Assembly: GCA_963810635.1 (NCBI GenBank)
Contig: CAWEOB010000008.1
Location: 181,382-245,381, forward strand
DNA: 64,000 nt
Origin: an uncultured Actinomycetes bacterium
GTDB taxonomy: Bacteria; Actinomycetota; UBA4738; HRBIN12
Direction: 5' to 3'
Under the pieces are notes generated by a model. The model was not told the origin of the DNA, did not search any database, and saw only the letters and a program-made list of their open reading frames with translations. Both the position numbers and the translations under genes were made by a program. Each line of letters starts with the position of its first letter. The stretch's first letter is position 1. This document shows, one piece after another, positions 10,186 through 19,722 of this stretch.

Positions 10186-10258
10186 TGGACCCAAGGGGAC
10201 TCGAACCCCTGACCTCTTGGCTGCCAGCCAAGCGTTCTACCAGCTGAACTATGGGCCC
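10186..10258 (-). tRNA. tRNA-Ala (anticodon GGC)
   Basis: The reverse complement reads GGGCCCATAGTTCAGCTGGTAGAACGCTTGGCTGGCAGCCAAGAGGTCAGGGGTTCGAGTCCCCTTGGGTCCA. It has a 7-bp acceptor stem with the G3:U70 alanine identity pair, anticodon loop CT-GGC-AG, a GGTTCGAGTCC T-arm and discriminator A. CCA is not fully encoded (CCG follows). Confidence 0.9.
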
Positions 10259-10304
10259 GTGCGCGAACCAGTCTAGCCGCCCGTTCCGGGCGTCGGCGGC
10301 ACGC

Positions 10305-10701
10305 TCAGACGGCCTGAGCGCCGTCTTCCCAGCCGAGGCGCGGCGCGTCGCGCCACAGCCGCTCGAGGTCGTAGTAGTCGCGCTCCTGGGTGCCGAAGAC
10401 GTGGACGACCACATCCACGAAGTCGAGGAGCCACCAGCCCGAGTCCGCCTCGCCTTCGCGACGGACGGGCTTGGCCTGGAGTCGCTCGCGGACGGCGTCC
10501 TCCACGGACTCGATGACCGTCTTCAGCTGCCGTGGGTTGTCGGCCGTACAGATCGACGAAGTAGTCCGTGATCACGATCAGCTCGTGGACATCGAGGATC
10601 ACGATGTTCCGAGCCTGCTTGTCGGCGGCGGCTCGAGCGGCGGCGAGCGCCACGGCGCGCGCGGCCGCCAGGCCGTCGCCCCGTGCTGCCCGTTCCGTCA
10701 C
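10305..10701 (-). CDS. rsfS: Ribosome silencing factor RsfS (apparent frameshift near 10552-10558)
   Basis: N-terminal fragment: ...DKQARNIVILDVHELIVITDYFV. C-terminal fragment: ICTADNPRQLKTVIESVEDAVRERL...GWWLLDFVDVVVHVFGTQERDYYDLERLW, the RsfS/iojap signature. The GTG start overlaps the upstream stop (GTGA). Confidence 0.75.
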
Positions 10702-11755
10702 GCTGCGAAGTCCTTCCCGACGACGATCGTTACGTCTGCGAGCCCCGATGGTACCTGGGTCACGTGGATGACCCCGACCCCCAGGAGGCCGTGCACCCGG
10801 CGGGCATCGCGCCGGTGCTCATCGCCGAGGGCGACGACCTCGGTCAGCTCGTGGTCGAAGGACTCGGCGTTCGTGGACAGAACGACCCGGAATCCCTCGG
10901 GGATGATCAATGTCGCGATGTCCTCACCGATGCCCGGTGTGCCGCTGCCGTTCTGGACCAGCGCCGGGATGGGCGACGCGGTGCCGAACAGCGAGCCCAC
11001 CAGGTCGTCCAGGTCGGGTTGGCGAGGGACCATCACGGTATCGGCGATGACCTCGGTGGGCGCGGTCTCGACCGAGGCGCTGGCGGCATCGGCCCAGATC
11101 GCGGCGGCGCCCTCCGCGTCGTCGGTCTGCAGCTCGACGCCGTCCAGGGAGGGCGCCGCCGCGAGCAGACCCTGGAGGACCGCCTCCCAGCGGCGCGTGG
11201 TCTCGTCGGAGGGCGCGCCGAGGTACCCGGCTGCCTGACGGCCGTTCATGTCGGTGTCACCCGGACCGAGCAGCACGCCGGCGATCGTGGTGGCCTCCGG
11301 GACGTCGACCGTGATCCTCCGGCCTCGTCCACGAGCGCGGCGAGCTCCTCGAGATCCATCGAGGCGTAGCGCTCGGTCCACGTCCCGACCACGTTCGACA
11401 CCGCGACGTGCATCGAGTCGGCCTCGAGCCCGGCGGCCGCGCCCATGAGCACCTCTCCTTGCCCCGGCACGACCACGGTCATCTCGGACGGGAGCACGAG
11501 CGCTGCGGGCGCTCGATCGTCACCCGCACCGACCACGGCGGCCACCGGTAGGTCGCCGCCGGTGACGGCGAGCGCGAGCAACGCGGACGGTGCATCCCGC
11601 TCGGCGCCCACGGCGGCGTCGCCGGACGGGGAGCCGGCCGGTGCGTCGCCGCCACGTGTGACGAGGACCGCCCCGACCACGAGCGCGGCGGCGACCACGA
11701 TGGCGGCGGCGAGGGACCGTCGGCGGCGCCTGACCGCGCGCCGGCCGGCGCGCAT
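10698..11755 (-). CDS. Membrane-anchored LytR_C (LytR/CpsA/Psr C-terminal) domain protein (apparent frameshift near 11313-11320)
   Basis: Starts MRAGRRAVRRRRRSLAAAIVVAAALVVGAVLV (TM helix). The C-terminus VQNGSGTPGIGEDIATLI...VVGKDFAA resembles the LytR_C domain. The position between nadD and rsfS matches other actinobacteria. Confidence 0.6.
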
Positions 11756-11793
11756 CGAGCGCGTGCCCGGCGCCCGGCCGCCTCCTGCAGCTC

Positions 11794-12402
11794 TCACCGG
11801 TACAGACCTGCCTTCTGCACGTAGCTGTTGACGCCCTCGGGGACCAGGTACCGGATCGGCCGTCCGGCCGCGACGCGGGCCCGCACATCGGTGGACGAGA
11901 TCGCGAGGGCAGGGATGTTCATCACGGTGATCTCGGGATGGCTGTTCGTCGCGTGAGCCTCGAAGGCGGCGATGTCGTAGCCGGGGCGCGTGGCGGCGAT
12001 GAAGTGGGCCAGGTCGAACATCTCGCCCGGGTCCTTCCACTGGAAGATCTCGAGGACGGCGTCGGCACCGGTGATGAAGAACAGGTCCGTGTCACCGCCC
12101 GTCTCGTCCTTCATGGTGCGCAAGGTGTCGATCGTGTAGGTCGGTCCCTCCCGATCCACCTCGGCGCGCGACACGCGGAACCGCGGGTTGGACGCCGTCG
12201 CGATGACGGTCATGAGGTACCGGTCTTCGGCCGGCGACACCTCCCCGCGCTCCTTCATCCATGGACTCCCGGTCGGCACGAACAGCACCTCGTCCAGCCC
12301 GAACTGGTGCAGCGCTTCCTCGGCGGTGACGAGGTGCCCGTAGTGGATGGGGTCGAAGGTGCCGCCCATGACGCCGAGCCGGCGTCCGCTGTCTCGGCCC
12401 AT
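11794..12402 (-). CDS. nadD: Nicotinate-nucleotide adenylyltransferase
   Basis: [15 protein letters not shown] (HxGH motif) and ...ISSTDVR, full-length 202-aa ORF. Confidence 0.9.
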   Translation of the reverse strand: MGRDSGRRLGVMGGTFDPIHYGHLVTAEEALHQFGLDEVLFVPTGSPWMKERGEVSPAEDRYLMTVIATASNPRFRVSRAEVDREGPTYTIDTLRTMKDETGGDTDLFFITGADAVLEIFQWKDPGEMFDLAHFIAATRPGYDIAAFEAHATNSHPEITVMNIPALAISSTDVRARVAAGRPIRYLVPEGVNSYVQKAGLYR

Positions 12403-12440
12403 CGTTCCCGAATCCTACCCGCAGGGTCCCGCGGAACCGG

Positions 12441-13319
12441 TCAGCCGGCGCTGCGTCGCAGCGCGTCCACATGCTCCTCGTAGTGCTCGATGCCGTTGGC
12501 GCGGAACCACTCCTTCGCTTCGACGCTCGGGGCGACCGCGCCGGCGAGGGCCTCGCGGAGCCGGGTCCGAGCCCGCTCGAGGCGGTCGCGGACGGCGCCC
12601 GCGTCGAGCGCGCGCCCTTCCTCGAGGAACCGGGCGTTCAGGTCGTCGACGACCTCGTCGCCCTCCCCGAGGGTCCAGCCGTGATCGCCCGCCACGTCGG
12701 CGGCGCCGATCTCCTGCCACGCCGCGACGTGGAACGCGAGGTCGGTCGCGGACCACCCCGGCGGGTCCACGACGGGCGCGGTCACCGGGAGCGCATCGAG
12801 CGCGGTCGCGAACACGATCCAGGCATCCGTCTCCTCCTGCAGGAGACGACCGACCTCGGGATCGGACGGCGAGCCGGCGGCCCACGCGACGAGATCGTGC
12901 CCGTGCTCCGCGTAGTGCATCGGGCCGGCCTCTTCGAACCACCCCCATGCCAGAGCGTCGACCTCCTCGAGGGCCTCGAACGCGTCGCGGGCTCCCCGGC
13001 GAGCCTCCTCGAGCAGGCTCCGCGCCGCCGCGGCCGACATCGTCCGCGCCCGGACGGCGTGCTCGGCGTTCATCCGGTCGACGTACCCGGGGGTCTCCTC
13101 CTCGGCGGTCACGGCGTCGTAGGTCCCCGCGCCGATCAGGGCGAGCACCCGCGCGCAATCCTCCAGCCAGGCCGCGACGTGGACGAGCTCGTCGCGGGCC
13201 GACCAGCCTTCCGGCGTCACGGTCGGCTCTTCGAGCCGGACCGGATCGAGTCCGTCCAGCACCTCTCCGAACCGATGCCACGCCTCGGCTTCTTGGGCCA
13301 GCAGCCGTTCACGATCCAC
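12441..13319 (-). CDS. Protein with two tandem DinB/ClbS-like four-helix-bundle domains
   Basis: 292-aa ORF. The two halves resemble each other: EAWHRFGEVLDGLDPVRLEEPTVTPEGWSARDELVHVAAW versus DAWIVFATALDALPVTAPVVDPPGWSATDLAFHVAAW. The family assignment is by recollection only. Confidence 0.5.
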   Translation of the reverse strand: MDRERLLAQEAEAWHRFGEVLDGLDPVRLEEPTVTPEGWSARDELVHVAAWLEDCARVLALIGAGTYDAVTAEEETPGYVDRMNAEHAVRARTMSAAAARSLLEEARRGARDAFEALEEVDALAWGWFEEAGPMHYAEHGHDLVAWAAGSPSDPEVGRLLQEETDAWIVFATALDALPVTAPVVDPPGWSATDLAFHVAAWQEIGAADVAGDHGWTLGEGDEVVDDLNARFLEEGRALDAGAVRDRLERARTRLREALAGAVAPSVEAKEWFRANGIEHYEEHVDALRRSAG

Positions 13320-13322
13320 GTT

Positions 13323-14609
13323 TCACGACCCTCCCTCCGGATCCCCCGTCTCCGCGAGCACCTCATCGTCCTCGTCGGGGATCCACTCGAAGACCCTGCC
13401 GCGGATCTCGACCTCGTCGCCGCGCCGAGCGCCCAGCTTCGTCAGGTGCCGCGTGATCCCCTCCCTCCGGAGCCGCTCCTGGAGGGTGGCGACCTGTCGG
13501 TCGTCGTCCAGGTCCGTCTCCATCACCCAGCGCTCGACCGAGCGACCCTTCAGGTGGAAGACCCCAGCGTCGTCGCGCTCCACGGTGAACCGAGCCCTGC
13601 CGGGCCGCAGGACCACGTACGAAGCTCGCGCCGGTTGCGCCTCCGCGGCCTCCCGCGCCAGGAGGCCGAGCCGAGCCAACAACGCGTCCACGCCGTCGCC
13701 CGTCATGGCCGAGACGGGGAGCGCATCGGGGTCGAGCGCTGCTGCTGCGGCCGCAGCGTCGTCCACGAGATCGGCCTTCGAGCCCACCACGACGGCCGGG
13801 CGGGCGGCGAGCTCGGGGTCGTAGGCCGCCAGCTCGGACCGGAGCGTCGCGAGGTCGGCGGCGGGATCGTCCATGGTTAGATCCACCACGAGCACGAGCG
13901 CCCGGCACCGGACCACGTGGCGCAGGAACCGGTGGCCGAGTCCCTTCCCTCGATGCGCCCCCTCGATCAGCCCGGGGACGTCGGCCACGACGAAGCGGTC
14001 CTCGTCGGCTCCCGCGACGCCGAGGTTCGGCGACAGCGTGGTGAACGGGTAGTTCGCCACCTTGGGTTTGGCGGCCGTCAGCCGTCCGAGGAGGGTCGAC
14101 TTCCCCGCGTTCGGCAACCCGACCAGACCCACGTCGGCCACGGTCCGCAGCTCGATCCGCAGGCGGCGTTCCTCACCCTCCTCGCCCGGCTCGGCCGCCC
14201 GCGGGAGCCGGTTCCGGGGTCCGGCGAGCTCGGCGCTCCCGCGCCCACCGCGGCCGCCGTGCGCGACCACCGCCCGGGAGCCTTCACCCACGAGGTCGGC
14301 GAGCACCCCCTTGTCGTCGAAGGCGACCGTGCCGTCGGGGACCGGGATCACCAGATCGGCTCCCGACGCGCCATGTCGCCGCGACGAGCGGCCCGGCGTG
14401 CCGGGTTCGGCGCGCTGGTGCGGATGGTCGGCGAGCCAGCCGAGGTCGTGGACGCCCGTCGAGACCTCGAGCACCACGGACCCCCCGTCGCCTCCGTTCC
14501 CGCCGTCGGGGCCGCCCTTCGGCTTGAACGGCTCCGAGTGACGTGAGACGGACCCGTCGCCGCCCTTGCCGGCGAGGACCTGCACCGTCGCTTCGTCCAC
14601 GAACGCCAC
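13323..14609 (-). CDS. obg: GTPase Obg/CgtA
   Basis: FVDEATVQVLAGKGGDGSVS...KGGPDGGNGGDGGSV Obg fold. G1 motif GLPNAGKST. C-terminal TGS-like/OCT segment. GTG start. Confidence 0.92.
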   Translation of the reverse strand: MAFVDEATVQVLAGKGGDGSVSRHSEPFKPKGGPDGGNGGDGGSVVLEVSTGVHDLGWLADHPHQRAEPGTPGRSSRRHGASGADLVIPVPDGTVAFDDKGVLADLVGEGSRAVVAHGGRGGRGSAELAGPRNRLPRAAEPGEEGEERRLRIELRTVADVGLVGLPNAGKSTLLGRLTAAKPKVANYPFTTLSPNLGVAGADEDRFVVADVPGLIEGAHRGKGLGHRFLRHVVRCRALVLVVDLTMDDPAADLATLRSELAAYDPELAARPAVVVGSKADLVDDAAAAAAALDPDALPVSAMTGDGVDALLARLGLLAREAAEAQPARASYVVLRPGRARFTVERDDAGVFHLKGRSVERWVMETDLDDDRQVATLQERLRREGITRHLTKLGARRGDEVEIRGRVFEWIPDEDDEVLAETGDPEGGS

Positions 14610-14671
14610 CCCGATAGCGTAGGTGGTCGGCCCAGGTGGTCGGCGGCGCGGCCCCGGCGCATCATGATGGG

Positions 14672-15121
14672 ATGCTCGAGCCCGCCACCGTGTGGATGGT
14701 CGAACTGAAGACGAGGTCCAGCCTCGATGAGGTGAAGGGGATCCTGACGCTCGATCCCGACGCCCTCCGGTTCGTCTCCCCCGCCAACGGGACCGAGCTC
14801 GGGATCCCGTTCCAACGGATGACGTCCGTCAAGCGCCTCCGGATGTCGCCGGTCATCCTCGTGCGATGGAAGGATGAGGATGACCGCACGATCGCGTTCT
14901 ACTTCGCACCGCCTCCGCCGCTGCTCCCGGCCGACCACCGCGACGCGACGCTGCCCCGGGCGGGGGTGCTCGGAGCGCTCGGAGGGCGCCCACCCAGCAA
15001 GCGGCGCCAGCGGCGCGAGAACGCGACCTACCTCACGCAGCACGGCGGGCAGCTCAAGCCGATCATGATCGCGTGGGCATCGGAGGTGCGGACCCGGGTC
15101 GCCGCATCGCGCGGCGGGTGA
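14672..15121 (+). CDS. Hypothetical protein (possible bacterial PH/GRAM-like domain) antisense-inserted between rpmA and obg
   Basis: ORF 14636..15121 has very high third-position GC in frame and an ATG at 14672 (MLEPATVWMVELK...). I cannot name a family with confidence. Confidence 0.5.
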   Translation: MLEPATVWMVELKTRSSLDEVKGILTLDPDALRFVSPANGTELGIPFQRMTSVKRLRMSPVILVRWKDEDDRTIAFYFAPPPPLLPADHRDATLPRAGVLGALGGRPPSKRRQRRENATYLTQHGGQLKPIMIAWASEVRTRVAASRGG

Positions 15122-15125
15122 GCGC

Positions 15126-15401
15126 TCAGCCCGCGGCGGCGGCGGTGCTGAGGCTGGGTGCGATGGAGGCGTAGGTCCGGCCGCGCGACTGCGAGAACGT
15201 GACCACACCGGGGCGCGTGGCGAACAACGTGTCGTCGCCGCCCTTGCCCACGCCCTCGCCCGGGTGGATCCGGGTGCCGCGCTGGCGCACGATGATGGAA
15301 CCGGCCGTGACGGTCTGACCGCCGTAGGCCTTCACGCCGAGCCGTTTGGAGTTGGAGTCGCGGCCGTTGCGGGACGAGCCGCCGCCCTTCTTGTGTGCCA
15401 T
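15126..15401 (-). CDS. rpmA: 50S ribosomal protein L27
   Basis: [29 protein letters not shown]... Confidence 0.95.
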   Translation of the reverse strand: MAHKKGGGSSRNGRDSNSKRLGVKAYGGQTVTAGSIIVRQRGTRIHPGEGVGKGGDDTLFATRPGVVTFSQSRGRTYASIAPSLSTAAAAG

Positions 15402-15428
15402 AGCGTCCTCCAGGCTACCAGCGGTGCC

Positions 15429-15740
15429 TCAGGCGCCGAGCGTCACGTCCTGGATCTCCAGGAGCGTGAGTTGCTGGCGATGGCCCGCCTTCTTCGCGTA
15501 CCCGGTCTTCGGCCGGTACTTGAAGACCTTGACCTTGTCGCCTTTCGTCTCACCGAGGGGCTTGGCCGTGACCGAGGCCTTGGCGACCGCGGACCCGGCG
15601 TGCGTCTTCCCGTCGTCGTCCACGACCAGCAGGGGCGTGAACGTGATGGTCTCGTCACCGGCGACGAGCTTCTCGACCTCGATCACATCGCCGGACTTCA
15701 CCTTGTGCTGCTTCCCGCCGGAGCTGATCACCGCGTACAT
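15429..15740 (-). CDS. rplU: 50S ribosomal protein L21
   Basis: MYAVISSGGKQHKVKSGDVIEVEKL... Confidence 0.95.
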   Translation of the reverse strand: MYAVISSGGKQHKVKSGDVIEVEKLVAGDETITFTPLLVVDDDGKTHAGSAVAKASVTAKPLGETKGDKVKVFKYRPKTGYAKKAGHRQQLTLLEIQDVTLGA

Positions 15741-15743
15741 GCG

Positions 15744-18021
15744 TCATCGACCTTCCTTCATGGCTGTGCTCCCCGAGCTCAGTTCACGTCGTAGGTGAGG
15801 AGTGATCCCCCGACCTTCGCAGTGGGGGCAGGTCTCGGAGAACGATTCGACCAGGCCCGAGGATACCCGCTTGCGCGTGACCTGCATCAGCCCGAGTGGG
15901 CCGATCTCGAAGACCTGCGAGCGGGTCTTGTCGAGCGCGAGCGCGTCGCGCATGGTGTCCTCCACCTGCTTCTTGTTCTTGTCGAGCAGCATGTCGATGA
16001 AGTCGATCACGATGATGCCGCCGATGTCGCGCAGCCGCAGCTGGCGCGCCACCTCGCGCGCCGCTTCGAGGTTGGTGTTGACCACCGTCTCCTCGAGGTT
16101 CGTCTTGCCGACCGACTTCCCCGTGTTGACGTCGACGATGGTCATGGCCTCGGTCCGCTCGATCACCAGGTAGCCGCCCGACGGGAGCCAGACCTTCCGG
16201 TCCAGCGCCTTGTGGATCTGCTCGACCACCCGGTGCTCCTCGAACGCCGGCAGCGGGCCCTCGTGGAAGCGCAGCTTCTCCGAGAGGTCGGGGGCGACCT
16301 CGCCCAGGTAGATCGCGATCTGGTCGCGGACCCGGGGCGAGTCGGTCACGAGCGCGCGGAACTCCTCGTCGGTGAAGAGGTCGCGGACGACGCGGAGGGT
16401 GAGCTCCGGCTCCTCGTACAGGACCACCGGGGCCTTTCCCTTCTTGGCCTTCTTCTGGATGTCGTCCCAGATCTCGAGGAGCCTCCGCAGATCGCTCTCG
16501 AGGGCCTCCTCGGTGGCGCCTTCGGCGGCCGTCCGGACGATGACGCCGTGCTCCGGCGGCTTCACACGCTTCAACAGGGTCTTCAGGCGGTTCCTCGCCT
16601 CGTCGGGGAGACGCCGGCTGATCCCTTGGAGGTTCTGGTTCGGCGCCAGCACGAGGTACCGGCCGGCGAGGCTGAGGTTGGCCGTGAGGCGCGCACCCTT
16701 CCCGCCCATGGGGTCCTTCGTGACCTGCACCATCACCGCCTGCCCGGCCTTCAGCAGCTGTTCGATGCGGGGGGCGTCGCCCTCGATGTCCTCGGGCGAA
16801 TAGTTCACCTCGCCCGCGTAGAGGACCCCGTTGCGACCCCGACCCACGTCGACGAAAGCCGCCTCCATGCCCGGGAGCACGTTCTGTACGCGTCCCAGGT
16901 AGACGTTGCCCACCATCGACGTCGCGCCGATCCGGGTCACGTAGTGCTGGACCAGGACGTCTTCTTCGAGCACCGCGATCTGATCGCGCTCGCCGTTCTC
17001 GGTGATGACCATGAGCTTGTCGGTGACCCGCGGCGGGGTCGGGGTGGGTTCGCGCCGCCGCCCGCGGCCTTGGCCGCGGGCACGCGGGGCGCGGATCCCA
17101 CGGGTGGGACCACCGGTGGCGACGCGCTCCTCCAGGGAGCGCTGGCGGGCCTTCGGCTCCGCCTGCGCGGCCGCCGGTGAGGCCCCGTCGGCCGTGGCGG
17201 CTCCGGAGGAGCCTCCACGGCCTCGTCCGCGTCCCCGGCGGCTCCGACCGCCACCGGAGGTGCCGGACGGAGCATCGGTCGCAGCTGCGCCGGACACGGA
17301 GGTGTCGGGCAGCGCGTCCTCGCGCTGGGTATCGGAGGTCTCGGTGGCGTCGTGCCCGGCGGTCGGCGGTCGCGTGGCACTGCCCCGCCCGCGGCCTCCG
17401 CGGCGGCGGCGGCGCGGCGCGCCCTCACGGGCGTCACCGTCGGTCGCTCCCGACGGAGCGTCCGCCGTCGCCCGGTCGGGACCGGTTCCCGCTTCGGGGG
17501 CGGTCGACGCGGCGGGCGTCCGCCGGCCCGACCCCTCGGTCCGGGTTCGATCCTCGGACGATCCTCCGCGAGGCGGGCTCCGCCCCGGGCTCGTTGCCAT
17601 CGCCTGCGCCCTGCTCGGCGCCTGCGGGTCGGGACCCGCCGCGCCCTCGCCCGCGGCCTCCGCGGCGACGGCGGCGCGGCGCGCCGGATGGCGAACCCGC
17701 ACCGTTGCCGCTCGTCTCGATGGCGGCGTCGCCCGGAGCCGTCGCCACCCGTGGCGACGGCTCCTCGGTCGATCCGGTGGTCGGCCTCGGCTCGGCCCTC
17801 ACCGGCGACGGCGAGCGTCTCGCCTTCGCCGGCTCGGTCTCCGTCGCGACCTTCGATTCCTTCGGCGGTTCCTTCGGTGCCCTCGGTTCGCTCGACCGAT
17901 CGGGGCGGTCCTTCGGGGGCTCGGGCTTGGTCGCGACCGGGGCCGCCACTTCGTTCTTCGTGTCGGGCTGGGTCTGCGGCACCCGGACCGCGGGCCTTCC
18001 TGCCCGGAATTCGTCTCCCAC
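15744..18021 (-). CDS. rne: Ribonuclease E/G family (RNase E) with an Arg-rich disordered N-terminal extension (probable frameshift around 17540-17600)
   Basis: Catalytic core: GNVYLGRVQNVLPGMEAAFVDVG (S1 domain) and IIVIDFIDM. GTG 18021 has GGAAGGAG 5 nt upstream and opens ORF 17434..18021, whose RRRRRGGRGRG blocks continue in ORF 15744..17702. Confidence 0.75.
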
Positions 18022-18522
18022 GTTGCTCCTTCCGCGTCAGCGGCGAGGAGGCATCCGCGTTGCGAGACCGGGGGAACGGGGTGCCCACAGGACCGGATGC
18101 CCACGATGGGCGAGGTCCTGTGTTGGACGTCTCCGGCCCGCGCAGCGGGTCATCCCGCGCGCCGGGCCTCGTGCGTCGTTGCGCACCTGATCCGTGTCCT
18201 TGTCCGGCGCTCGCGTCCCGCTTCGGCGTGTCCGGGTTCCCGGACCGGCCGGCGGCGGTCGCGCGCCTCATCGACTCGTCGTTCAGATCACCACCGGCCG
18301 GCCGGAGCCTGTGCGCCGATGGGCAGGTCTGCGTCCGAGGATAGCAGCCGAACCCCCCGGGAGGAGGGAGGCGGGGGCGAACGAGGAGGGAACCCGTCGT
18401 GACCATGCCGAGGGGGGCGGGTTCGTTCCGGTGTCCCCCATCCAACCCACAAGGCTGTCCACCGAGGCGAACCGGGCGTCGGCCGGATGGCGCGGCCTGA
18501 ACGCCGCCCCCATCCTCAGGTC

Positions 18523-19722
18523 ATGCGGATGCAGGCGACCGCGTCCCCGGCGGTGCCCGCCACGATTCGGGTCCTGGTGGTGGACGACAACGTGGCCTTC
18601 CGTGACTCCTTGGCCTCCTTGCTCGAGGGCGAAGAGCTCACGGTGGTCGGCCAGGCAGGCTCGGGCCTGGAGGCGATGGAGCTCGTCCGCACCCTCGCCC
18701 CCGACGTCGTTCTCATGGACGTGCGGATGCCCGGGATGGACGGCATCGAGACGACCCGGCGCCTGAAGGCGCTGCGCCCGTCCCTGGGGGTCGTCGCGCT
18801 CACCGGGATGGAGGAGCAACGCGCGGTGCGCGACATGCTCGTCGCCGGGGCCTCGGGCTACGTCCTGAAGGACTCCGACGGCGACGAGATCATCCGGGCG
18901 ATCAAGCGGGCGGCGTCCGGCGGGGCGCTGCTCTCGCCGGCGGTCACCCCGACCGTGATCGAGGAGCTGACCGAGGCGCTCGAGCGCGAGCGCCGGCGCG
19001 CCCGTCAGCTCGAGCTGGCGCAGGAGGCGTTGCTGGAGCGCGCGGCCCGTCGCCAGCAGCTGATCGGACGCCTCGGCCACGAGCTGCGGACCCCGGTGAC
19101 GGTGATCCTCGGCCTGGCGCAGACCCTCCAGCGGGCGCCGATGGAAGGCGAGGAGCTGGACGAGGCCTTGGGCGCGCTCGTGGAGCGCGCCGAAGGGCTC
19201 GCGCGTCTCGTGCACCGGTTCGAGGCCGCCGTCGAGGCGGGCTTGACCGAGTGGGCCGACGTGGTGGCGCTCGCCCGCGAAGCGGGCGAGCGCGATCCCC
19301 GGGTCCGGGTCGAGGCTCCGCCTCGACCCGTCATGACCACGCTGAACCGGACGGCCGGCCAGCGCATCGTGGAGGAGCTCGTGGAGAACGCGCTCGCGTT
19401 CTCCACGGACGACGGCGAGGTCGTCGTGCGGGTCTCCGTGAACGGCGATCGTCCCGAGGTCCGGGTGATCGATCGCGGTCCCGGCATCTCCCCCGACGAC
19501 GTCGAGCGGATCTTCGAGCCGCTGGAGCAGGCCGAGAATCTCTACACGCGGACGCATCAGGGTGTGGGGCTCGGACTCAGCTTGGCCCGTCTGTCGGCCC
19601 GCGCCATGGACGGCGATGTGGTGCTGGAGTCGGGCGGTCCCGAGGGCTCCACGTTCCTGTGGATCGTCTCGGGCGGTCAGCCCGCGTGCGAGACGCCCGC
19701 GTCCGACCCCGCCACTACTTGA
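18523..19722 (+). CDS. Hybrid receiver (REC) / histidine kinase without TM or recognizable sensor domain
   Basis: The N-terminal REC reads IRVLVVDDN...VVLMDVRMPGMDG...LTGMEE...GASGYVLKD. It is followed by a coiled linker, the H-box GHELRTPVTVI, the N-box ELVENAL, the segment RVIDRGPGI, and GVGLGLSLA. Confidence 0.8.
   Translation: MRMQATASPAVPATIRVLVVDDNVAFRDSLASLLEGEELTVVGQAGSGLEAMELVRTLAPDVVLMDVRMPGMDGIETTRRLKALRPSLGVVALTGMEEQRAVRDMLVAGASGYVLKDSDGDEIIRAIKRAASGGALLSPAVTPTVIEELTEALERERRRARQLELAQEALLERAARRQQLIGRLGHELRTPVTVILGLAQTLQRAPMEGEELDEALGALVERAEGLARLVHRFEAAVEAGLTEWADVVALAREAGERDPRVRVEAPPRPVMTTLNRTAGQRIVEELVENALAFSTDDGEVVVRVSVNGDRPEVRVIDRGPGISPDDVERIFEPLEQAENLYTRTHQGVGLGLSLARLSARAMDGDVVLESGGPEGSTFLWIVSGGQPACETPASDPATT

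Noticed and set aside
15744-17702. The listed start of the RNase E ORF (MRVRHPARR...) as the true start.
   Set aside because: It has no SD sequence and lies inside a continuous Arg-rich region. The upstream GTG at 18021 has a strong GGAAGGAG and opens an ORF with the same repeat style. One frame correction joins the two.
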